Source of the DNA: an uncultured Verrucomicrobiae bacterium
Lineage (GTDB): Bacteria; Verrucomicrobiota; Verrucomicrobiia; Chthoniobacterales; JAFAMB01
Length of the DNA: 64,000 nucleotides
NCBI GenBank assembly: GCA_963804425.1
Contig: CAWDQF010000001.1
Span: 79,745 to 143,744 of the forward strand
Reading direction: 5' to 3'
A program made the position numbers and the translations under genes. Within the stretch, counting starts at the first letter, position 1. The number at the start of each line of letters is the position of its first letter. The notes beneath the pieces were generated by a model that searched no databases, was not told the origin of the DNA, and was given only the letters and a program-made list of their open reading frames with translations. Shown piece by piece: positions 42,501 through 51,067 of the stretch.

Positions 42501-42894
42501 GATTGCGGAGCAAGAGTTAGGGCAGGCTTGGTCGGCCCTTACGGAGGCGCAGCGGGACGCCATTCGACAAGAGGAGCGGGAATGGATTAAAATGAAAGAC
42601 AACACTCCGATTGCTGAGCGAGCTCAGGTCATTCGCGCACGAACTTCCTATCTTCAGAATCTTGCCCGAAATCAGAACAATACTAGGAGCTCCACAGATC
42701 CGGTCGGCGAGGTGCAAATCGCGGAGCAGGAATTGAATCAAGCTTGGCGGGCCTTAACCGAACGGCAGAGGGAGGCTATTCGACAGGACGAAAGGGAATG
42801 GATCAACATGAAAGATAGTACTCCGATCGCCAGGCGAGCACAGGTCATCCTGGCCAGAGCCGCGTATCTCCGGAATTTGGCTCGGAATCACTAA
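39565..42894 (+). CDS. TIR + Ser/Thr kinase + pseudokinase + TM + Pro-rich stalk + two LprI-like repeats
   Basis: VFICHASQD...CWIAPRD...REVERA (TIR); GKGGMG/VALK/HRDIKPAN/DFG; degenerate second kinase; LIVGSILGGALIIGLAIFAAI TM; duplicated C-terminal helical unit. Confidence 0.88.
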   Translation: MDQATTPAVGKSEMQRLPHAVFICHASQDKKVADGACAALESDGVRCWIAPRDMLAGRPYAAQITEAIRSAQILVLILSRESNRSKQALREVERAIHCQLQVLTFRVEQIEPNDDLAFFLSADHCVEASSGPSEIYCPALLRQTITLLQARPEIAEGSEPAPPEIYGNFRILRRSDGSLFRLGKGGMGVTWKAIDVNLDRPVALKVIGVDLLNSTQARSRFLREAQAAAKMHHPHVATVHHFGQEGDAYFYAMEFVEGEDLERYVARHGPLSPAMALQVVLQVAQALEAAHSYQLIHRDIKPANIMATVNRAGSLEVKLVDFGLAKGAGAKDFDMARITRSQDFVGSPAFASPEQCEMGELDTRSDIYSLGVTLWYLLTGKRPFTGTVGQVMIAHAVQPPPFEQLNEVSEPVLELLKQMLAKNPEERPQSPQELQTAVVAAAARLATEFNAVPERIPVEAAREELPSDRTFEWDGAGEPEQLYTIASPLFDGYLSLELGSLVGDRYRLVEEEREGTGGRFFLAQDEKPTGSKPFQVGLKIVHPGVIADPGLLDLMENELGVIGRSPHPHVVKYVGLERKYQTPFIIREWVHGFLMYDLLRWRGSFRAAELQILLEPLAATLDFVSGQGFGLVEVSVRKILVVCPEDLHPDRFADFARRDVREWNHCTLKLNPLSIAPLLYRRRANRPQQTLVPTSQVLSLTQAEAGVRGIKVVRLYGRLVYELLSGHAPVRGDSQRYSPLSELNEGGNATLRSACIEGRQSEAFRSCTEFWNALKENLAARSCASTVPVSPSTISAPAAPASLPPTPSAPTSSPAATPPPKRNLIVGSILGGALIIGLAIFAAIRFGGTGSSPASTATPTPVQEISTPVPTPTPAAPATTPIPSTPTPVPSTPTPIPSTPTPVPSTPAPVPSTPAPVPSTPAPVPSTPAPVPSTPAPVPSTPAPVPSTPAPIPSTPAPIPSTPSPIPPTPVVDPVRQAEIAEQELGQAWSALTEAQRDAIRQEEREWIKMKDNTPIAERAQVIRARTSYLQNLARNQNNTRSSTDPVGEVQIAEQELNQAWRALTERQREAIRQDEREWINMKDSTPIARRAQVILARAAYLRNLARNH
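42211..42462 (+). repeat. 12 x 21-bp in-frame tandem repeat (PSTPAPV)
   Basis: CCATCGACACCCGCGCCCGTA unit; six central copies identical. Confidence 0.92.
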
Positions 42895-43539
42895 AACTTA
42901 GTGGGCGCTAGTCGTTCGAGACAGCCCTGAAAGTGCGTTCCATGGCAGGCTGGAACGCGGATTTGGTAATCACATTGAATCTGGTCAACCGATGATTATG
43001 GCGCAATGGGAGCCTAGCATTGAAACGCGCATTCAGCGCTGATCGTTTGGATATGCCCATTCTTAGCCCTGCGGGCTAGGCTATCCTGAATCGCGACTTC
43101 GCCGCTGAAAAAACCTGTCCATCAAATCTGATCAAGCGAAGCCCGACAGGCCGTGAAGGGCCGGAAGCGTATTTTGCACCATTTTCCCAGCGCTGAAGTG
43201 CTGGGCTTCTATGAAGCCGACGTTGTCAAGCCTCGCCGCAAAAAGCTTTGTTTGAATGTTTTTAGTTAGTTTTCTGCGCAATCAGACAACAACCCACCTC
43301 TGGCCGGCTTTGGTGCTTGATCGGCGCGGTGTGAGGTACGAACACCGCAGCGATCAAACACCAAAGTTCGGTGACCTCCTTAAAGCGCGCGCTGCGCGCT
43401 AGGGAACTAGCTCTGATCGGCTAAAAGGTCTTTCTCTCGGGGGATTGGTTCGCTCCTTTTTTCTTTTTGTTGTCGACTCTGGAGCTTGCTCTTTTTGGTC
43501 TTCAGCCAACGTTTGCTGTCCCAACGCGAGCTTGATCAT

Positions 43540-43750
43540 GATTGCCCGGTTTAAGCTTCTATCGGTGGGAAGGCTCCTTCCTCACACGGTGATTTATGCA
43601 ATTGAGCATTCCAAGGGACAGCAACCAGCGGTCTCATCTACTTTTCGGGTTTTGACCCAAGCCCAGCATCAGACGCGCGCCGTTGCTGCCAAAAAGTCAC
43701 CTCAAGGTCGCTGCTTAAAATTCTACCTGCCCCAGGCTTCTGACTTTGCT
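43540..43750 (-). ncRNA. Putative bridge/seek RNA
   Basis: Stem-flanked internal loop carrying UGCUGGGCU and AAAAGUAG matching the target; second loop with AUAGAAG matching the donor junction; boundaries approximate. Confidence 0.7.
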
Positions 43751-44856
43751 CTAGGGCTTGGCTTGGAGGACTAAACTCAGTTTTTCAGCCGTGGTTTGTC
43801 CGCTGGCTAAACGCCATAAATCGATGGCTAAACGCCGGGCCGCTTTGACTACCAAGCGTCTCTTGGCGCGCTTGCTCTTTACTAAGCCAGCCCCCAGCTG
43901 GCGTACCGGTGGATAGTGGGGCTGCCAAATCATGAGCCGCCAGACCATCTCCACTAAGCTCCAGCGCACCATCCGGTTGCCACAGCGGTTGATCGAACCC
44001 TCTTTACCCCGGCCATCGCTCTGGTGGATGCCGGGACATAAGCCCGTATAGCTGGCGACTTGTCTGCGATTCTTAAAGCGCTCCCAGCCCTTCATCTCGT
44101 ATTCCAACACCGCCGCGCTGTAGGCCCCCACTCCCTTGGGTAAGATCGCCGGAGCCAGCGCTTCGATTCGCCGCCGCAACCCTTTTTGCTCCTCCTGAGC
44201 GCTCAACACCTTCTTGCGCCAAGCTTCTAACTGCTCTTTCATCCAGTCTTTGAGCCGGGCATCAGCGTTGAGCTCACACCACCCTTTGCCCTGCCACCAT
44301 CGAGCTCGCACTTCGATGCCTTGAGCACACAACAAGCCTTTACCGCGCCCCTCATAGCGGCTCCGATCGGCCATAATCTGACGATGATAGCGAATCAAGG
44401 CTCGTTTTTCTTCCTGTTTCACACTGGGCACCCCCACCACACTTAAGGCCTTGTGCTGACCCCTCAGATAGCGATCCAATTGATCGGTCAACTCTGCACC
44501 ATCGCGCCGATCGGTCTTTTGCTGCTTACCTCCTTGGCCCATCGCCTTGGGCGCTACCACCAGGTTCTTGACTCCCAGTTCCTCCAGCTGTCGATGTAAC
44601 CAGTAGCCGCTGGCTCCCGCTTCGTAACAGCTATGTATGCGCCAGCCCTCGGCCAACTTCTTCTCTACCCAAACCAAAAAGGCCTCATGACTCATCTTGC
44701 CCACCGCCTTGATCCGCCCGCCATCCTCCTGCATCGCTACGGTCACCTGCCGATAGTGCATATCCAGTCCCAACTTCAGGACTCGATCGCCATTGTGCTG
44801 CCCACTTGCTTGGTTGCCTTCACTGCCCGATCTTGTTTGGTATAGATATTATTCAT
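43751..44856 (-). CDS. IS110 family transposase/recombinase (apparent frameshift near 44801)
   Basis: LGLDMH, CYEAG, KTDRRD (DEDD), SYTGLCP-GIHQSDG catalytic Ser, GNRMVR; ATG at 44856 is one base out of frame. Confidence 0.93.
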
Positions 44857-45121
44857 AAAGCCGACAGTTTAGCAGCGGGTGCTGCTAGCTGTCGGCTCAT
44901 GTCATCTACCATCAATGAATCCCTTTGGAATCGAACTTCTCATCTCTGGTGAACCCACGCTATTGCCTCAGGTTTGATTTTGATCCGTCTTCAAAACGTC
45001 AAATCTTAACCCACTCACTAATGCATTTGGGTGAGCCCCAAAACCGACGGGGTAGAGAATTACTGCACATCAGGGTGCAGGTAGACGTGCTCGTTGAGCT
45101 GCAGCTTATAACTCGTTTCGA

Positions 45122-46744
45122 TCACAGTTTCGTGACCGGAGCGAATGACTTTGCCAGTATGGACGACATCATCGCCGAGCTTGGTATGACTGGCAGCATC
45201 TTGTTCGATCGTTTTGCCCCAAATAGCAGAACGCAACCGGACACAAAAACAACGATGAGTAGCGGCAGCGTATATCGAGGTTGCGCGTACGCGAAAACGC
45301 AACTCGCTAGATCCGCGATCGTTCCAACTGCGATGAAGCTAAGCGCAACGAGAAAAAGCTCGCGAGAGAGCCTTTGGCGAATCAGTCGCATGACCCCCAC
45401 CGAAACAAACAGGAAGCACCAAAGAACGATCGGTACGCCTTGCCAATGATTGATGAAGGGATCGCGATCCACGGCGGCCAGCATGGGTCGCGCATCTTTC
45501 AGTTGAAACATGGGCAGCCGCGGAAGATCACTCCAACGGGAGGGCAGCTTCTCGAGAAAACCCGCGAAAAGGAACGTTGCAAACGGCCCCGATCGTGCCA
45601 CTCGGTAATCGCTGGTTGGCGCCCAGGTGCGAACAAACTCTTTCCCTATGACCGCCAGCAACTTCGGGGGCGTGGCCTGGTAGAGGCATTGGGTTGCGCG
45701 CGAAATAATGCGATCCCTTTCCGCCTGGAGGTCCTCGCCGCTCGCACCCTGTTCCAAGAGGGCTCGCTCGATTACTTTCTCGCCACCGAGATGATACGAC
45801 CCGAACTTAAACTGTGCTTCGATTGCCAAACGGACGTTGACGTCGTCGGTCAGAGCTAAACCAGTAGCGAGGAATTTGGCGTTCTCGGCCGGAGAAAGCT
45901 GAGCGATGAGCGTCTCAAATCGGTCACTAAATGTCGCTCCATCCGTTGGGCGCTCGATAACCGCGAATTGTCTGCACAAAATCAAAACGAGACCTTTCTC
46001 AATTCCGCCGACGCTTAGACTGATCACCAGCGAAACGGCGGCGGTTCGCAGAAGCGGTTTCAGCTCGGTCCAATGTTTGCGCGCGCACAGCCAACGCGAA
46101 CCCAAGCAGATTGTGATAACGGGCAACCAAAGAAGCAGGATGCCATTCACCTTTCGCGAGCCGACCGCCAGCAACAGCGCAGCCGAATAGATAATCCAGT
46201 CTCGCCAACCGGCAGATCGAAGCAAGATGCGAATCCCGGCGGAAAAGACAATGATCCAACTGACAGCCGTCATCGCTTCGGATCCGGCGGTATGTGCAAA
46301 CGTATAAAAACTTGCTACCGAACCGAGTAGGACGGCGGCAATTCCGCGGGTGACATTAGACCACCCAACGGAAAATAGCAGATAGCGAAGAGCCAACCAG
46401 AGCCCAGCGTGTTGAAAGAAAATCAGCACCCAAACGGCGAGCGACGACGGATTTTGTTCACTAAAAATCGCCGGCGCGGTTCCATGCGTTAGCGTGTCGG
46501 TCAACCAGAAGGGGAGCCGGGCAAGGAAGCAGTAAATCGGCGGAGAATGTAATATGTTAAGGGAGCCGGGCGCGGCGATTAGCTGTGCGACTGCGTCGAC
46601 GTCCTTCCAGAACGGTTGATAACGAATGAAAAGCCAGATTGAAGGAACGACGACGGCAGCGAGTGGATGTTTACCTATCCATTCAAGGGCCAGCTCAAGA
46701 GCCCGGCGAGTATGCGATGAAAAAGACAGGAGCTTCTGGTGCAT
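45122..46744 (-). CDS. Multi-pass membrane protein (possibly GT-C-like)
   Basis: Many TM segments, N-terminal WKDVD, large periplasmic loop, C-terminal PRYTLPL. Confidence 0.65.
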   Translation of the reverse strand: MHQKLLSFSSHTRRALELALEWIGKHPLAAVVVPSIWLFIRYQPFWKDVDAVAQLIAAPGSLNILHSPPIYCFLARLPFWLTDTLTHGTAPAIFSEQNPSSLAVWVLIFFQHAGLWLALRYLLFSVGWSNVTRGIAAVLLGSVASFYTFAHTAGSEAMTAVSWIIVFSAGIRILLRSAGWRDWIIYSAALLLAVGSRKVNGILLLWLPVITICLGSRWLCARKHWTELKPLLRTAAVSLVISLSVGGIEKGLVLILCRQFAVIERPTDGATFSDRFETLIAQLSPAENAKFLATGLALTDDVNVRLAIEAQFKFGSYHLGGEKVIERALLEQGASGEDLQAERDRIISRATQCLYQATPPKLLAVIGKEFVRTWAPTSDYRVARSGPFATFLFAGFLEKLPSRWSDLPRLPMFQLKDARPMLAAVDRDPFINHWQGVPIVLWCFLFVSVGVMRLIRQRLSRELFLVALSFIAVGTIADLASCVFAYAQPRYTLPLLIVVFVSGCVLLFGAKRSNKMLPVIPSSAMMSSILAKSFAPVTKL

Positions 46745-47338
46745 TAGTGAGCGGCGGTCTGAACGCCGCAGCCTCAGGCTCCTCCATGATCCGAGCAGCG
46801 GACGGTCGGTACCCGCGATACCATTAGCCGCATGGCACGCGCGAGCTTTTTCCGCGCACCCTCTAACCAGAGACCGGCTCGACTGAGGTCCAGCTTGGAG
46901 CATGAGACCGCTCGTCATTAGGATTGGTTAGATCTCTTTCCGGATTCGCCGTCTATCATGTTCTTGGCGCAAGCGAGCGGGTCTTCGGGTTAGGGGTCGG
47001 GCAGCGGATGATCGGGTGATCGCCGCGGTAAAGAACCAATGAGAACCGCGCCTGGTCTGGCAGCCGCTGGACCAGGCAGGCGGGTGAGAGATGGCCAATG
47101 CTTAGAACCAGCGGAGTAATGGAGCGTTGGGTTAATGGAATATCGGAACGGCCCGGCCCGTAGGTCCTTGGCTATATATACTTCTCGGCTCCTGTCTTCC
47201 GGGGTTTCGCCCTACCGGCCCTGGCAATGGCGCATCGACTCTGAACCCGTATTCCTTTGCCGATCATTTTGGCTATCGGTTTAATGGCTATTTGCTATTT
47301 CTCTCCGGGGTGCGTCCTTACTTCTGCGCAGGATCGAA

Positions 47339-47836
47339 ATGAAACGTGTGAAAGTCTCGAATCTGTTCTCTGTTTTTCTGGCGATGGTGGGGTTAGCATC
47401 GGTTGGTCTAGCCGTTGATTACGCTGATCTAGTTACTAAGGGCTATCGCTGGGTGGCGGTCGACGGACCGTACGCGTATACCTCGAAGGAAGCGGCACGA
47501 AAATTCTCTTTGCGCGCCAGTCGGAAATCTGAGTTAGAACACGCGGATGAAGCTGTTTCTTATTACCTGATACCTGGAATGGTGGTTCTCGTGGTCGAAA
47601 ACGATACCGCCTCGGGTCTCTCTCGAATCCGTGCCGGTGGGATAGCCGCTGATCTTTGGACTTCCACCAAATACCTGAGCACCCATCCAATCAAAAATCC
47701 CTATGGAACGATCGAAACTCCCGAGAACTCCGGGATCATCTCGTTCTCTAGCCCCGGACCGACTCCGACTTCGAGCGCCAACCCCGCCGCTTTCGGAAGT
47801 CCGGCAGCGACTATTACGCCTTCAGCGCCGAAATAG
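47339..47836 (+). CDS. Secreted hypothetical protein
   Basis: Signal peptide, globular core, Pro/Thr tail. Confidence 0.7.
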   Translation: MKRVKVSNLFSVFLAMVGLASVGLAVDYADLVTKGYRWVAVDGPYAYTSKEAARKFSLRASRKSELEHADEAVSYYLIPGMVVLVVENDTASGLSRIRAGGIAADLWTSTKYLSTHPIKNPYGTIETPENSGIISFSSPGPTPTSSANPAAFGSPAATITPSAPK

Positions 47837-48037
47837 TCGGGGCGGCGCCGGGCGCGCAGCCCTGAAAGCGCGGCCGGCACCGATGTTTTTCACGATGGAA
47901 GAGGATCCGGGTGTAGCGCCGAAGGCGTGCGTCAGGATAGCCTTAGCAGAGAGTTGAAAAACGCTTGGTTGAGGAAAACTGATAACAACTGCCTCCTGAG
48001 GTTTTGGGATAGGGCCCGAAGGGCCAAGAAAACATAG

Positions 48038-48866
48038 CCCAGGCTTTAGCCTGGGAAATTCCATCCCGACAACAACCGCCCTGTAGGGGGCGGGAGATGT
48101 GGTGTCCAATCACCTGATCGCGGAGCGATTCATTGCTAATCCCATGAGCCGGCTGCGCGAGGAACATCCGATCTTCGGATTGATCTGGTTTGCCTTTTCA
48201 GACGCCCCCACAGGGCTGGTCGCCTTTATTCCCGGCTACCCAGGCTTTAGCCCATGCGCGTCAACACAAGGGCCCGGACCAGCAGCAGAGCTGTCTCCAC
48301 AGCGTTGAGCCATGGGTCGCGGCCTGTCGGCGGTAGTCCCGCAACGACGACGAAGGAGAAAGGAACGCAATGAAAGTAGCCGGAAAATCGTCCCGGAGGA
48401 ACAGAGCGAAAGTAGCCCGGTACGAAGTGCCGGGAAACGAAAAAAAGCCCCTCCGTCCCGCTAGGGACGGCTGAAATGTTCAGGTCTCTTAGTGGTGTTT
48501 AGCTGCCGTTCAATGCCACGTGTCTAAGCGACCCACTTGCGATCAAGCGACTCCTTTCCTCCTTCGTCTCGCTTTCGCGAGACCACGGCGGACAAGCCGG
48601 GACGGCAGAGAAGCGTCCCTCAGCGTCTTTAGCAGTCACTTCCTTATGTTGACGCGCATGGGCTTTAGTCTGGGAAATTCCACCCCGACAACAACCGCCC
48701 TGGAGGGGCGGGAGATGTGGTGTGCAATCACCTGATCGCGGAGCGATTCATTGCTAATCCTATGAGCCGACGAGGAACATCCGATCTTTGGGATTGATCT
48801 GGTTTGCCTTTTCAGACGCCCCCACAGGGCTGGTCGCCTTTATTCCCGTCTACCCAGGCTAAAGCC
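48038..48866. repeat. Two ~210-bp direct repeat units bounded by CCCAGGCT(TT/AA)AGCC(TGGG) REP palindromes
   Basis: 48038-48250 nearly identical to 48663-48866. Confidence 0.88.
48251..48662. mobile_element. MITE-like element, 21-bp TIRs, 6-bp target duplication
   Basis: CCCATGCGCGTCAACACAAGG vs CCTTATGTTGACGCGCATGGG (20/21); CTTTAG on both sides. Confidence 0.85.
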
Positions 48867-49076
48867 ACTGGTTGGTGACCACCGCTCTTGTCCCGCACTT
48901 TCAGTGCTGATCTCGCTTCATGTCCGGTCCTAGGGCGTTGCCCAGGCTATCGTGAAGCGCGGCTTCGCCGCTGAAGAGTTGTTGCGACAAATTTTGATCA
49001 AGCAAAGTCCGACACCACCCTGCTAGGCTTTCTTGAAGCGCGCCTTCGGCGCTTTGGAGCCGTTGCGCAGCGGGAT

Positions 49077-49232
49077 TTATTGGCTGCTCGAGTTGCTCGT
49101 CCCGCTCGGTGCGGAATTGAGCGGGATGCCCTCAGGACCCACGTTCCAGCCTGAGTTCTCGGAACAACCCTCGAGGCAAAGCGCTCCAAAAATCGAGATA
49201 AGCACAAGCGGAAAGGCGGTTCGCTTTTTCAT
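49077..49232 (-). CDS. Small putative lipoprotein
   Basis: MKKR + hydrophobic stretch + LEGC lipobox-like motif; 51 aa. Confidence 0.5.
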   Translation of the reverse strand: MKKRTAFPLVLISIFGALCLEGCSENSGWNVGPEGIPLNSAPSGTSNSSSQ

Positions 49233-49432
49233 TGACCCAAGAATAGCCACAGGTCCAAGTGGCGCCAGCGCACAGTGCAAAAAGCGGGCTAAAGGATTGA
49301 CTTCCAGGGAGGAGAAGCTGAACATTTCGCGCACTCCGAGAAGTCCGCTTCCCAAATAAGTTCAGCTTGGGAGATGAACGCAAGGCAGCGGTCAATCTTC
49401 GGTCGCTTCCCCGTCGCACTGAGTTGGGTTTC

Positions 49433-51064
49433 ATGGCAGAACAGCATCGAGAATCTTCAGCTTCCTCGGCAACCATTAGCGAACCGGTGCTGGCGCTGCG
49501 CGGAGTCAGTAAATCGTTTCCGGGAGTGCGGGCGCTCGCCGATGTTTCCTTTGATGTCCACGCTGGCGAAGTGCACGCATTGCTTGGAGAAAACGGCGCG
49601 GGAAAGTCCACACTGATCAAAATTATTTCTGGAGTTTACCCGCCTGATACCGGTGAGATGTCGGTGGAGGGTCACCCGGTCCGTTTTCTGAGTCCGCGCG
49701 AAGCTCAAGCTCAAGGGATTGCGACGATCTACCAGGAGTTCAGCCTTTACCCGGAGCTGACGGTTGCCGAAAACATTTTCGCCGGACATATGCCGCGGAC
49801 GCTGGGCGGAATCGCGCTGGATTGGCGCCGTGCCGCCAGAGAGGCAGCGACGGTTCTTGAGTCCTTGGATGCCGGCGATCTGGATGTGAACGCGCGGGTC
49901 GGAACGCTCTCGGTCGGCAACCGGCAAAGGGTTGAGATCGCGAAGGCGTTGTCGCGTCGGGCCCGCATTCTGATCTTGGACGAACCGACCGCTGTTTTGA
50001 CTCAACACGATGCCGATCGACTGTTTGCCATCATCCGGCGTTTGGCCGCACAGAAAGTGGCGGTCGTTTACATCAGCCATCGCTTGGTTGAAATTTTTGC
50101 TCTGGCCAACCGGGTGACTGTCCTGCGGGACGGCAGCTTGGTGGCGATCAAGTCCGTCTCAGAAACAAAGGAGTCTGAACTGATTCGGCTAATGGTTGGG
50201 CGCGCGCTTGAGCAAGAGCCGGTCTCACACGCGGAGCGATCGGTCAAGAGAGGACCACTGTTGTTGCGAGCGCGCAGTCTCGCTCGAAGACCGATGCTAC
50301 GCGACGCCAGCCTTGAATTGTATGCTGGCGAAATCGTTGGATTGGCCGGGCTGATCGGATCAGGGCGATCCGAATTGGCGCAGGCCATTTTTGGGGTAAT
50401 GCCGCCTGAGTCGGGAACCGTAGAAGTGGAAGGACGAGAAGTGAAAATCAAACGTCCGGAAGATGCGATGGAACTGGGCGTCGCTTATGTGCCTGAAGAT
50501 CGGCAGCGCCAGGGCTTAATCACCGCGATGACAGTGGGCGAGAATATCGGAATGACCCGGCTCAGCGCCCTAAAGAAGGGACCGTTTATCGACTTTCACG
50601 CGGAGGACACGCTGGCTCGAGAGTATATCGACAAACTGCGAATCAAGACGCCTCATGCGCGGCAAGTGGCGCGTAATCTTTCCGGCGGAAACCAGCAAAA
50701 GATTGTGGTGGGCAAATGGCTGGCAACCAATCCGCGCATTCTCATTGTGGATGAGCCGACGCGGGGAATCGACGTCGGGGCGCGGGCTGAGATTCATCGG
50801 TTGCTTGATGCATTGGCTCGAGAACAGGGGTTGGCGATACTGGTCATTTCAAGTGATCTCCCGGAGATCATGCGGCTGAGCGACCGTATCCTGGTCATGC
50901 GCGAAGGTTTACTGGTGGCTGAATTTACGCGGAAGGAGGCCACTCAAGAAGCAGTCATCACGGCGGCGTTGGGCAGGCACACCATCGAGGTCCCGGAGGC
51001 ACCAACTCAATCGGTCGAGCATCCAGGTCCGGCTGCACCCGGAGACGGAAAGCTCCGAGTCTAG
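49433..51064 (+). CDS. Sugar ABC transporter ATP-binding protein
   Basis: [21 protein letters not shown]. Confidence 0.95.
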   Translation: MAEQHRESSASSATISEPVLALRGVSKSFPGVRALADVSFDVHAGEVHALLGENGAGKSTLIKIISGVYPPDTGEMSVEGHPVRFLSPREAQAQGIATIYQEFSLYPELTVAENIFAGHMPRTLGGIALDWRRAAREAATVLESLDAGDLDVNARVGTLSVGNRQRVEIAKALSRRARILILDEPTAVLTQHDADRLFAIIRRLAAQKVAVVYISHRLVEIFALANRVTVLRDGSLVAIKSVSETKESELIRLMVGRALEQEPVSHAERSVKRGPLLLRARSLARRPMLRDASLELYAGEIVGLAGLIGSGRSELAQAIFGVMPPESGTVEVEGREVKIKRPEDAMELGVAYVPEDRQRQGLITAMTVGENIGMTRLSALKKGPFIDFHAEDTLAREYIDKLRIKTPHARQVARNLSGGNQQKIVVGKWLATNPRILIVDEPTRGIDVGARAEIHRLLDALAREQGLAILVISSDLPEIMRLSDRILVMREGLLVAEFTRKEATQEAVITAALGRHTIEVPEAPTQSVEHPGPAAPGDGKLRV

Positions 51065-51067
51065 TTT

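Larger units (their letters stand above)
43208..44905 (-). mobile_element. IS110 family (IS1111-type) insertion sequence
   Basis: Flanked by CT cores (43206-7, 44906-7); sub-terminal IRs ATGAAGCCGAC (43211-21) and GTCGGCTCAT (44891-900); long non-coding region downstream of the transposase. Confidence 0.85.

Noticed and set aside
41910-42605. Repetitive alternate-frame ORFs (TIDTRAR, HRHPRPY, GRGCRWY, GVDGTGA)
   Set aside because: They are shadows of the 21-bp repeat in the kinase gene.
43399-43539. 46-aa minus-strand ORF inside the IS non-coding region
   Set aside because: Low complexity with no motif; more likely part of the non-coding RNA region.
44925-45449. 174-aa plus-strand ORF
   Set aside because: Largely antisense to the membrane protein gene, with no recognisable domain.
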